This document shows positions 12,168 to 20,633 of a stretch of 64,000 nt of DNA, piece after piece; position 1 is the first letter of the stretch; every line of letters begins with the position of its first letter. The notes under the pieces were generated by a model that saw only the letters and a list, made by a program, of their open reading frames with translations, was not told the origin of the DNA and searched no databases. Source of the stretch: an uncultured cyanobacterium (GTDB lineage: Bacteria; Cyanobacteriota; Cyanobacteriia; Cyanobacteriales; Nostocaceae); NCBI GenBank assembly GCA_963706595.1, contig OY970166.1, positions 2,624,001 through 2,688,000 of the forward strand, in the 5' to 3' direction. The translations under genes and the position numbers were made by a program.

Positions 12168-12614
12168 GTGGCTCACACTTTTTTATTGGAACCAGGGCGC
12201 TGGACAATGGAAGGCAATTGGCTAGAGCGTCATGGTATGCCAATCAGCGTGAAAGGTATGACCTTAGTCGCTTGGAATCGGGATAACTGGTTCACTATGG
12301 CCACAAAGCTGATATTTCCAGGTAGCGATCGCGCCGAAATCTCTTTGCAATATAAGGGACGGTTAGACAAGGGAGAGCGGCAGTATACTTTTCTACTGCA
12401 ACATAGTCTTTTAGGACACATTGAAGGAGAGGGTTGGATTGGTGTAGAAACCATTGTGCAGCGTTACTGGGTACTAGGTGATCGGCAACGTCGTAGTGGC
12501 TTTGAAACCATGCACCGTATCTCAGCAGAAACATACTATATCAGCAGTGGCGTGATGGCAGGTCATGTCTTAACTAATACAATGGAAGCTAGCTTAGAGC
12601 GTCAATCAACATAG
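12168..12614 (+). CDS. Conserved hypothetical protein (beta-rich)
   Basis: 148-aa ORF with SD-like aagga upstream of the GTG start. Confidence 0.75.
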   Translation: MAHTFLLEPGRWTMEGNWLERHGMPISVKGMTLVAWNRDNWFTMATKLIFPGSDRAEISLQYKGRLDKGERQYTFLLQHSLLGHIEGEGWIGVETIVQRYWVLGDRQRRSGFETMHRISAETYYISSGVMAGHVLTNTMEASLERQST

Positions 12615-12810
12615 ACTCCAAGACTTCCCAGTAAAAAAATCTGAAATCACTTGAGATCAGGCGGACAAAGGAGATAGATAGTGAGCCAAAATTGGGAAAA
12701 CTAAAACTAGACCAATCTCGAAGTGCGGAATATCATCAAATATCAGGATAAATCTACCACCTACTCATGGGTGTTCATCATGTTCATTGAACATTGGAGT
12801 GGAATTTTAT

Positions 12811-14379
12811 ATGTCAGACCCCAACATTGGTCGCTTACTCGGCAAACGCTACCAGCTTCAAGAGTTAATTGGTACTGGAGCTATGGGCCGGGTTTATCGT
12901 GCTAAAGATATTTTGTTGGGAGGCGTACCTGTTGCCATCAAGTTTCTGGCCTTGTCCATACAAAATAAGAAGATGCGATTGCAAGAGCGCTTTGAGCAAG
13001 AAGCGAAAACCTGTGCCTTACTAGGGCAAAAAAGCATTCACATTGTCCGAGTCATGGATTATGGTGTAGACGAAAATAACACGCCGTTCTATGTGATGGA
13101 ATACTTGCAAGGACAAGGCCTCACCCAGATTATCCGCCAACAAAATCAAACTCTATCGTTACCGAGATTTTTGAGTATGGCGCGTCAAATCAGTTTGGGG
13201 TTAAAGTGCGCTCATGATGGTATCCCAGTTGATGGCACAGTCTACCCAATTATTCATCGTGATATCAAGCCGAGCAATATATTGGTGATTCAAGACCCTA
13301 GTTTTGGGGAATTGGTGAAGGTGCTAGATTTTGGGATTGCTAAGTTATTACAGGCAGATAGAGACCAAACAAAATACTATTTAGGCACAATGGCTTATTC
13401 CTCTCCCGAACAAATGGAGGGTAAGGAATTAGATAATCGCGCCGATATTTATAGTCTGGGCGTGATGATGTTCGAGATGCTGACAGGGAAAATGCCCCTA
13501 GTCGCAGCAACTCACTCTTTTGGGGCATGGTATAAAACACATCAGACTGAAGAACCCCGGACTTTTGCTAAGGTTGCTCCCACCTTGCAAATTCCCCAGT
13601 CAGTAAAAAATTTAGTCATGAGTTGTCTGGCTAAAGCAGCAAGCGATCGCCCCCAAAGCATCGGTGATATTCTCCAGGCTATAGAATCTGTAGAACAGGA
13701 GTATCGTCAGCAGACAACTTCACCAAATCATCAAGCAGCTATTCAAGCCCTGGTTGTTAAAGATAAACCGCAACCGAAAGCAACAGCCAATTTACAGATA
13801 CCTTTATCAAACAATGAAATTGATCTGGTTAGCTCGGTTTCCTGGCCAGCTACTAAACCAATTGCCGATATTATTTTCCCAAAACCCATCCAGTCTAACG
13901 GAAAGATGCTCCCAGCCCTATGGGTGATGCTACCACAGCCAGAAATCAACAAACGCTTAAACTGTAATATTTATAATCAATTTTTGTTTATTCATACTCC
14001 CCACCCGATGTTGCTCTGGATTACTGTGATCTACAATCGCCAACATGAGGCCAAATTTTTACCTTATTATCTGGATATGAAAACGAGTCGGGGTCAAGAA
14101 ATCGTCGGCTTACTGGCACAGACAGCTTCCTATCGTTTGTTGTTATTTGCACGGGAAACACCAGATCGCTGTTCTCATGTTTTACTATCCAGTATTGATC
14201 CAGCCCAACCCCAAAAACTGCAACAGTGGATAGCAATGAGTAAAACCTTCGCTTCATCTGCCAATGCCCAGTTTAGTAAAAGTTTACTCAAAAGCGAGTA
14301 CGAAAAAATTAAGCCCCAGATTTTGGCAAAGTTGGAAACAGTTTTCACTGATTTTTCTTTCAATATTGCTGCCAAATAA
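12811..14379 (+). CDS. Hanks-type Ser/Thr protein kinase with uncharacterised C-terminal domain
   Basis: IGTGAMGRVY, VAIK, HRDIKPSN, DFG, SPEQ and DIYSLG motifs. Confidence 0.92.
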   Translation: MSDPNIGRLLGKRYQLQELIGTGAMGRVYRAKDILLGGVPVAIKFLALSIQNKKMRLQERFEQEAKTCALLGQKSIHIVRVMDYGVDENNTPFYVMEYLQGQGLTQIIRQQNQTLSLPRFLSMARQISLGLKCAHDGIPVDGTVYPIIHRDIKPSNILVIQDPSFGELVKVLDFGIAKLLQADRDQTKYYLGTMAYSSPEQMEGKELDNRADIYSLGVMMFEMLTGKMPLVAATHSFGAWYKTHQTEEPRTFAKVAPTLQIPQSVKNLVMSCLAKAASDRPQSIGDILQAIESVEQEYRQQTTSPNHQAAIQALVVKDKPQPKATANLQIPLSNNEIDLVSSVSWPATKPIADIIFPKPIQSNGKMLPALWVMLPQPEINKRLNCNIYNQFLFIHTPHPMLLWITVIYNRQHEAKFLPYYLDMKTSRGQEIVGLLAQTASYRLLLFARETPDRCSHVLLSSIDPAQPQKLQQWIAMSKTFASSANAQFSKSLLKSEYEKIKPQILAKLETVFTDFSFNIAAK

Positions 14380-14485
14380 ATTTGAAACCCCAAGTTTTAG
14401 GTTAGTCCGGGCAGTTTTTTGGTTTCCCATGAGCAACTGGCGCACGACATCTAGTCACCTCAACGCCCTGAAGGAATCCACATAC
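14380..14485 (-). ncRNA. Candidate small RNA
   Basis: GC-richer non-coding segment downstream of a minus-strand TACAAT -10 box (14491-14496) with an HLR1-like repeat at 14507-14524; weak 3' hairpin. Confidence 0.4.
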
Positions 14486-14506
14486 CATAAATTGTACTTT
14501 TTACGT

Positions 14507-14524
14507 GATGTAAAATTTTGTTAA
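14507..14524 (-). promoter_or_regulatory. HLR1-like (RpaB) direct repeat
   Basis: Minus strand TTAACAAA-AT-TTTACATC versus consensus (G/T)TTACA(T/A)(T/A)-N2-(G/T)TTACA(T/A)(T/A). Confidence 0.5.
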
Positions 14525-14936
14525 GAAAATATCTATCTAGTTGTAAGCTTTATTGATAAAAAATATAATAGCTATGAATGACATTTGCAAAGCTGATGGA
14601 ACCCTGATAGTAGATGGTGTTGGACTCGGGCATGCACAGCGACAGATGCTCAAAATCTCATAGTCTGTAGGCAGATCAGAAGTTGATCAAATTCCCCACA
14701 AATAAACATCTGTTATATTCAACAAGCAGACGAGTGTAAATCGATCAAATCATCAAATTACCAAAATTCCTCTTAAATTTAGCCAAGTCTGATGTTTGGT
14801 TTGACTCCAAAGCTACAGTAGTTTGGTGAAAACATAATAGTGGCTGATTTGAGTTGACGCCCCAACATCCCCAGCTCTTTTCCTCCGTGGAACTAAGCAA
14901 GAGAAGGAGGTCGCCCACTGCGACACACATACTACT

Positions 14937-15134
14937 CTATGCCATAGTGGAGCCTGAATCTAAGCCCCATTGATGTTTGAGCAGCTCTTGATAGGTTGCT
15001 TCGCGCACCATCATTTGTTCATAAAGCTTAACCAAAAAGTCTTTAGCTTGGTCGTTGCTCATGTGCTGTACTTGGCTCGCAAAGGAGCGGATACTAAATT
15101 GTTGTTCCAAAGATAATTCGATGGGTTGGCTCAT
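14937..15134 (-). CDS. nblA: Phycobilisome degradation protein NblA
   Basis: MSQPIELSLEQQFSIRSF...LYEQMMVREATYQELLKHQWG; GGAG SD upstream of ATG 15134. Confidence 0.95.
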   Translation of the reverse strand: MSQPIELSLEQQFSIRSFASQVQHMSNDQAKDFLVKLYEQMMVREATYQELLKHQWGLDSGSTMA

Positions 15135-15574
15135 AATAAACTCCGAGAAAAACAACGCGTAAAATTGATGTCGATTACAGAGGTCTCAAAAGTATAATCA
15201 GTGGATCAGTACATTTTATAAATTTGTACCTCTGTATTAAGAAAGATAACAATTGTTTGACGAATTGCCCACATCCTTATGGGTAGGATTCCCGTCTTGA
15301 TATCTTGCACCTCAGCCAACTGATGTATAACTTAGGTTTACCAAAGCTGATCTTGGGCAGAAATCACTTTTTGTAAACCATCGCTAAGTTAGTTGGAATA
15401 CCCTGATGTACTTCCTACTCATTTCAACGTCTCTTGTGAGGAGGTGCTGATAGAGGGGTAGGAAAATGGTGTTAAGGGTAAATTATATTCGACATATATT
15501 ATTCGGTGCAAAAAGTCAAGTCACCAGATTTTGCAGTATCAGTCTCCAATAAGTAATTTTGGAGGTTAAAAGTA

Positions 15575-15592
15575 TTTGTATCAAGTTGTAAA
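15575..15592 (-). promoter_or_regulatory. HLR1-like repeat upstream of nblA
   Basis: Minus strand TTTACAAC-TT-GATACAAA, 7/8 match in each half. Confidence 0.35.
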
Positions 15593-15850
15593 TAGGAAAA
15601 ATGCTCAGGCTGAACAAATCGCTGAGTATATCTACTAAAAAAATAATTTGTTGGCAATTTCGGTGTTGAAAGTCCTAGTTTTTGGTCAAAACCAATCTAA
15701 AATCACTCCGCGTAGCGGATTGATGAGTCATTAGTTTTTGCGTCCACTTGGGGCGGGTATCCACCCCAAAGAACTAATAAACTAGTGATTATTTAATTCA
15801 CCAGTCCTATCCGCTTTTGGTATGGGAAAGTCCAAAATGGCAAATCTAAT

Positions 15851-16591
15851 CTATCCTGGAGGGTTTTCTTCAAGTGAAACCATGACGATTGTGATGTTAT
15901 CGTGTCCACCCTGGTCTTTGGCGGCTTCAGTTAGAGAAAGGGAAGCTTTTTCCAAGTTGGGAGTGTTGCGGAGGTGTTCAGCGATATTCTGATTGCTCAA
16001 TTCTTCGGTGAGACCATCACTGCATAGCAGCAGGCGATCGCCTATCTTAACATCTAACGGCTGCACATCAACTTGATGCAAATCTTCCCTACCCAAACAC
16101 CGGGATAAGATATGGCGGTAGGGGTGCTGTCGGGCTTCCTCTTCAGTAATATCACCTATTTTAATCGCTCTAGCTACCCAAGTATGGTCTTCTGTGACCT
16201 GTTGTAATTGTGAGTCCCGAAACTGATATAACCTGGAATCACCAACATGAGCGCACCAAGACGAATATGATTCGCGAAAAACCACAGCGACGACTGTAGT
16301 CCCCATATCGGCGCGTTCGGGATGCTGTTGCTGATCCTGTACAATGGCTTGATTTGCTTGCCAGAGAGCGTTCTCTAGCAATTTAGGAGTAGGTTCAGCC
16401 CCATCCCAGTGGGACACCAAAAAAGCTTGAATTACCTGCGTAGCAATGCGACTGGCTTGTTCACCCCCAGCATGACCACCCATCCCATCAGCAACAATAA
16501 AAAATCGCCCATCAGGGTCGATATAGTAAGCATCCTGGTTACTAGAACGAATAAGTCCCGGATCGCTAGAACCGGTAAAGTTAAGTTTCAT
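15851..16591 (-). CDS. PP2C/PPM-family Ser/Thr phosphatase (PphA/PrpC-like)
   Basis: NQDA, VADGMGGH, MGTT, HVGDSR, LCSDGL and GGHDNIT motifs. Confidence 0.92.
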   Translation of the reverse strand: MKLNFTGSSDPGLIRSSNQDAYYIDPDGRFFIVADGMGGHAGGEQASRIATQVIQAFLVSHWDGAEPTPKLLENALWQANQAIVQDQQQHPERADMGTTVVAVVFRESYSSWCAHVGDSRLYQFRDSQLQQVTEDHTWVARAIKIGDITEEEARQHPYRHILSRCLGREDLHQVDVQPLDVKIGDRLLLCSDGLTEELSNQNIAEHLRNTPNLEKASLSLTEAAKDQGGHDNITIVMVSLEENPPG

Positions 16592-16606
16592 AATTTTTGA
16601 GCAAAA

Positions 16607-18292
16607 TCAATACGTCCGGTCATAACGGTCGAGGCGTGATAGCAAGCGAATCAGGATGACTGAAATTGCTGCTGCAATTACACCAGCTAGCACAGCCAGC
16701 CATATATAACGATTAACTAATAAAATTGTGGCCGAAAGAGTAAATCCACTGATCATTAAAGCGTAGGTTGTGCCTAGTTGGATATTGCTCTGCCTGCGTA
16801 GTAGACGCTCAGTTTCTATAGAACGGACACGCACGCGCATATCTCCCCGTTCTAATTTCTCTAATGTATCCTCTAATCTCCGAGGCAAACCGAATGCAGT
16901 TGTACTGACTTGAACTGCTTGACGACTTAATTCATTGATAAAGCTATTATTATCAGGACCATTCATATCTGTTATTAGTTGCATTGCATAAGGTTGGGCA
17001 ACTTCCATAAAGTTAAATTCTGGATCTAAGCCTTTGCCTACCCCCTCTAGAGTAGAAAAAGCTCGCATCACAAAAGTGAAGGTTGCGGGAAATCTAAATG
17101 GCTGATTATAAGCTAATTCATAGAGGTCGTCACTGATTGCCGCCACAGACTGATTTTCAAAGGGTTGATCCATGAAATGGTCCAGCATATACTGCACAGA
17201 ACGCCGCACAGGCCCCATATCATCGGTAGGTGCGATCGCGCCTAAATCGATTAAGGATTGTACCACGCGATCGCCATCTTTTTGAGCAATCCCAAACAGC
17301 GTTTCCATCAGACCTTCACGCACATTCGACTGAATCTGCCCCATCATCCCGAAGTCGTAGAAAATTAAATCACCAGTGGGACTAACAGCAATATTACCTG
17401 GGTGAGGGTCAGCATGGAAAAAGCCATTATTAAGCAGTTGCAACAAATAAGCTTGAGCGCCTTGACGTGCTAGCAGCTTACGATCTAAACCTGCGGCTTC
17501 TAAAGCTTCATATTGGCTAATTTTAATTCCAGGGAGATATTCTAAAGTTAATATTTTGGGTGAAGCATAACGCCAATAAACTCTAGGGACTTTTACCCAT
17601 TCGTAGCCGCGAAAATTCCGGCGAAAAGTATCAGCATTGCGACCTTCATTGAGATAATCAATTTCTTCCCAAAGAATGCGACAACATTCTTCGTAAATCC
17701 CTAGCCAATCTCGCCCCCTTCCCCATTTCGGATGGTTTTGAAAATAGCGGGTGATACCCTTGAGAATCTGTAAATCGATTTCAAATAGCTTCTTTAATCC
17801 AGGGCGCTGTATTTTCACAACAACTGATTCCCCAGAGTGTAATACAGCTTTGTGTACTTGCCCTAAACTAGCAGCCGCGAGGGGAATAGGTTCAAAATTC
17901 TGAAATAATTCCGGAATTTTCTTACCTAATTCCTCCTCAATACTGGCTTCTACTTTTTCATAGCTAAAAGCAGGTACTTTATCCTGTAACTTTGCCAATT
18001 CTTCCACATATTCGCCGGGAAATATATCAGCACGAGTAGAAAATAACTGCCCGACTTTAATGAAAGTTGGACCTAAGTTCAACAGGGTATTACGAATCCA
18101 GATGGCTTGGGCTTTGCGTCTGGCAACTTGCTTGGCTTCAGTCACACCGCCAGGATAACTCCAAGATTTGTTGTAACGCCAAAGCTTGAACATTAAGGTC
18201 AAGACAAAAGACCAAATGTCCACAAAGCGCGTTTTACTAGAGTAGTTTTCCCGATTCCAACGGTATGCTTTCTCTGAATAACCTGTTTCCAT
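16607..18292 (-). CDS. ABC1/AarF/UbiB atypical kinase
   Basis: LGPTFIKVGQ, AAASLGQVH, VVKIQRP, FFHADPHPGN and YDFGM motifs; C-terminal TM helices. Confidence 0.92.
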   Translation of the reverse strand: METGYSEKAYRWNRENYSSKTRFVDIWSFVLTLMFKLWRYNKSWSYPGGVTEAKQVARRKAQAIWIRNTLLNLGPTFIKVGQLFSTRADIFPGEYVEELAKLQDKVPAFSYEKVEASIEEELGKKIPELFQNFEPIPLAAASLGQVHKAVLHSGESVVVKIQRPGLKKLFEIDLQILKGITRYFQNHPKWGRGRDWLGIYEECCRILWEEIDYLNEGRNADTFRRNFRGYEWVKVPRVYWRYASPKILTLEYLPGIKISQYEALEAAGLDRKLLARQGAQAYLLQLLNNGFFHADPHPGNIAVSPTGDLIFYDFGMMGQIQSNVREGLMETLFGIAQKDGDRVVQSLIDLGAIAPTDDMGPVRRSVQYMLDHFMDQPFENQSVAAISDDLYELAYNQPFRFPATFTFVMRAFSTLEGVGKGLDPEFNFMEVAQPYAMQLITDMNGPDNNSFINELSRQAVQVSTTAFGLPRRLEDTLEKLERGDMRVRVRSIETERLLRRQSNIQLGTTYALMISGFTLSATILLVNRYIWLAVLAGVIAAAISVILIRLLSRLDRYDRTY

Positions 18293-18384
18293 ATTTTTTG
18301 TTTACCGTTGGTTGTTAACCAAATCCCTTGGATGAAAAGACACTCTGAATTTTTGAACTAATTCCCCGCAAGTGTCATGTAATC

Positions 18385-18428
18385 ATGACCAATGAGCAAT
18401 GACCAATGACTAATGACTAATGACCAAA
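18385..18428. repeat. STRR heptamer array (AATGAC[C/T])n
   Basis: atgaccaatgagcaatgaccaatgactaatgactaatgaccaa. Confidence 0.85.
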
Positions 18429-18429
18429 T

Positions 18430-18756
18430 TTATACAGAATTGCTGCGATAACGTTGCAATTCATTGCGTAAGAGGGCGATTTCGGCTCTGAGTTCATCAA
18501 TTGTTGCTTGTAAGTCAACTGAACCAGAACCAGAGTAGCTACCACCGGGGGTACTTTGACCAGAATTAGCTGCTTCAGCCGCTCGATTTGCCCGTTCTAG
18601 TACCTCTTCTGTGAACTGGCGCATTTGCTCTCTAGCTTCGGCATCAAATTTGCCCAAATCGCTCAAAGCGTCGGTTACAGCCACCTCTAGACGCTCGTTA
18701 ATTACTTCTGCTACTGCTCTGCCTACGAAAAAGGCTTGTACAAGGGGGTTACTCAT
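18430..18756 (-). CDS. Conserved small coiled-coil protein, upstream of the ABC1 kinase
   Basis: MSNPLVQAFFVGRA...DLQATIDELRAEIA. Confidence 0.8.
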   Translation of the reverse strand: MSNPLVQAFFVGRAVAEVINERLEVAVTDALSDLGKFDAEAREQMRQFTEEVLERANRAAEAANSGQSTPGGSYSGSGSVDLQATIDELRAEIALLRNELQRYRSNSV

Positions 18757-18992
18757 AAATTTTTGTTACGTTGCTCCGCAAGAGAATTATAACTTGCCTA
18801 CCTGCTTTGCGGCTTCTGCTGAAGAGGAAGAAATTTAGACCAGTCAGAATTTCATAAATTGCCGCAGGCTCTAGGATATTATCAAGTAGCAAATTTATCT
18901 GCATACAGGCGTTCACGTAGTGTACCGCAGGTAATCGCATATCATAAAAATGCTAACATCGATTTATAATTAGTTGATGCCATACTTATTCT

Positions 18993-19673
18993 ATGACCAT
19001 TGCTCAAGAATTAGCGCCCCCAGCAGGCATCTTTCAAGATGTAATCTTTCCCCCTAGTGATTTATATAGTAACGAACCTCCCTTGGAAACTGAACTACAT
19101 CTACGGCAAATAATTCTACTTTTCAAATGTCTAGAATGGCTGTGGCGAGATAGAAATGATTTTTATGCGGCGGGAAACCTAACTATCTACTACAGTCCAC
19201 ATCAACGCAAATCACAAGACTTTCGGGGTCCAGACTTTTTTGTAGTCTTGGGAACTGAACGCAAAACTCGCAAAAGTTGGGTAGTTTGGGAAGAAGACGG
19301 CAAATATCCTCATGTCATCGTGGAAATCCTTTCTAATTCCACAGCACAGACAGACAAAGAATTAAAGAAACAAATTTATCAAGATACTTTCCGTACCCAT
19401 GATTATTTTTGGTTCGATCCCTACACATTAGAATTTGCGGGATTTCACTTAGTAGATGGAGAATATCAACCTCTACAACCAAATGAACAAGGACATTTAT
19501 GGAGTCATCAACTAGGCTTATATCTGGGAGTTCATCAGGGGCTAGTGAGATTTTTTACAGAACTTGGGCAATTAGTGCCGACACCGGAAGAAACAGCAGA
19601 AAAAGCCGAACAAAAAGCTGAACGTTTGGCAGCAAAACTGCGAGAATTAAATATTGATCCTGATACAATTTAA
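18993..19673 (+). CDS. Uma2 (DUF820) family PD-(D/E)XK endonuclease
   Basis: EPPLET..H, GPDFFVV, VIVEILS, YFWFDP motifs; C-terminal AERLAAKLRELNIDPD. Confidence 0.9.
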   Translation: MTIAQELAPPAGIFQDVIFPPSDLYSNEPPLETELHLRQIILLFKCLEWLWRDRNDFYAAGNLTIYYSPHQRKSQDFRGPDFFVVLGTERKTRKSWVVWEEDGKYPHVIVEILSNSTAQTDKELKKQIYQDTFRTHDYFWFDPYTLEFAGFHLVDGEYQPLQPNEQGHLWSHQLGLYLGVHQGLVRFFTELGQLVPTPEETAEKAEQKAERLAAKLRELNIDPDTI

Positions 19674-19760
19674 TTCGTAATTCGTAATTCGTAATTCGTA
19701 ATTCGTAATTTGTAATTCGTAATTCGTAATTTGTAATTCGTAATTTGTAATTCGTAATTC
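19671..19760. repeat. STRR heptamer array (TAATTCG)n, ~13 units
   Basis: Tandem taattcg/taatttg starting at the Uma2 stop codon. Confidence 0.92.
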
Positions 19761-19790
19761 AAGAGCTTACAAACCCCAGTATAATCTTTG

Positions 19791-19930
19791 ATATCAAGTT
19801 CTGTTGAATACTTACGAAACACGAAAAACTGCTAAACCTTTGTTTTATCTCCCCTCCTCGCTTGCGGGGAGGGGTTGGGGGTGGGGTGACATGATTGTGG
19901 TAATCGTAACTAATTAAACGGACATGATAT
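19791..19930. mobile_element. 140-bp MITE-like element containing a C/G-rich hairpin repeat
   Basis: 27-bp imperfect TIRs ATATCAAGTTCTGTTGAATACTTACGA and TCGTAACTAATTAAACGGACATGATAT (20/27 match); internal cccctcctcgcttgcggggaggggttggggg. Confidence 0.6.
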
Positions 19931-20032
19931 GATTTGGTGATTATCAATGACGGGAATTATCAACTATAAATATCAATATCAATATCAATTACGGATTATT
20001 TTGAATCTTGATGGTGAAAGCTAATCTTATTC

Positions 20033-20608
20033 TCAATCAAAATTTATTCCTTCATAAATATCATTGAGAGACATTTGAAAATCTATTGTTTGTAGTGATA
20101 ATACTGCATCTTGGGTTTCATACTCTGTTAATACCCATTGACCATCATTATTTTTATGAAACTGCTCGACAAAATATTCGTATTGGTCAATCATAATATA
20201 TTCTTGAAATGTGGGCAGAGAACGATAATATCTAAATTTACTGGTTTTATCGTAAGTTTCCGTAAATTTAGATAATACTTCGGCAATTATTAAAGGGTTA
20301 GTTACAGTCGTAGCCCCAGTTCCTTCATATATTGGTTCTCCTGGAATAATCATCACATCAGGATATGTGTAGATGTGATAACGGGGTATCCACAACTTGA
20401 CATCACCCATGTAAATTTTGTAATTTTTACCCCGCATTCTGAATTTGAAATTGGTGCAAAAGTTACCTCCTATTTCGTTGTGATTGGTCGTACCACCAGC
20501 TATATGAACAATTTCTCCATCTAGATATTCATTTTTATATTCTGATGTCTCTTCTAGTTGTAAATATTCTTCTGGGGTGTACTGGCGTTTTTGTGTTTGG
20601 GTTTGCAT
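20033..20608 (-). CDS. Uma2 family endonuclease
   Basis: YTPEEYL, EYLDGEI, YPDVM, EVLS and YIMIDQ motifs; ATG 20608 with GAGG SD. Confidence 0.88.
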   Translation of the reverse strand: MQTQTQKRQYTPEEYLQLEETSEYKNEYLDGEIVHIAGGTTNHNEIGGNFCTNFKFRMRGKNYKIYMGDVKLWIPRYHIYTYPDVMIIPGEPIYEGTGATTVTNPLIIAEVLSKFTETYDKTSKFRYYRSLPTFQEYIMIDQYEYFVEQFHKNNDGQWVLTEYETQDAVLSLQTIDFQMSLNDIYEGINFD

Positions 20609-20633
20609 AAAACTTACCTCTGTGCAAGACAAT

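Noticed and set aside
19671..19760. Possible CRISPR array
   Set aside because: Contiguous 7-bp units with no spacers and no cas genes; this is an STRR
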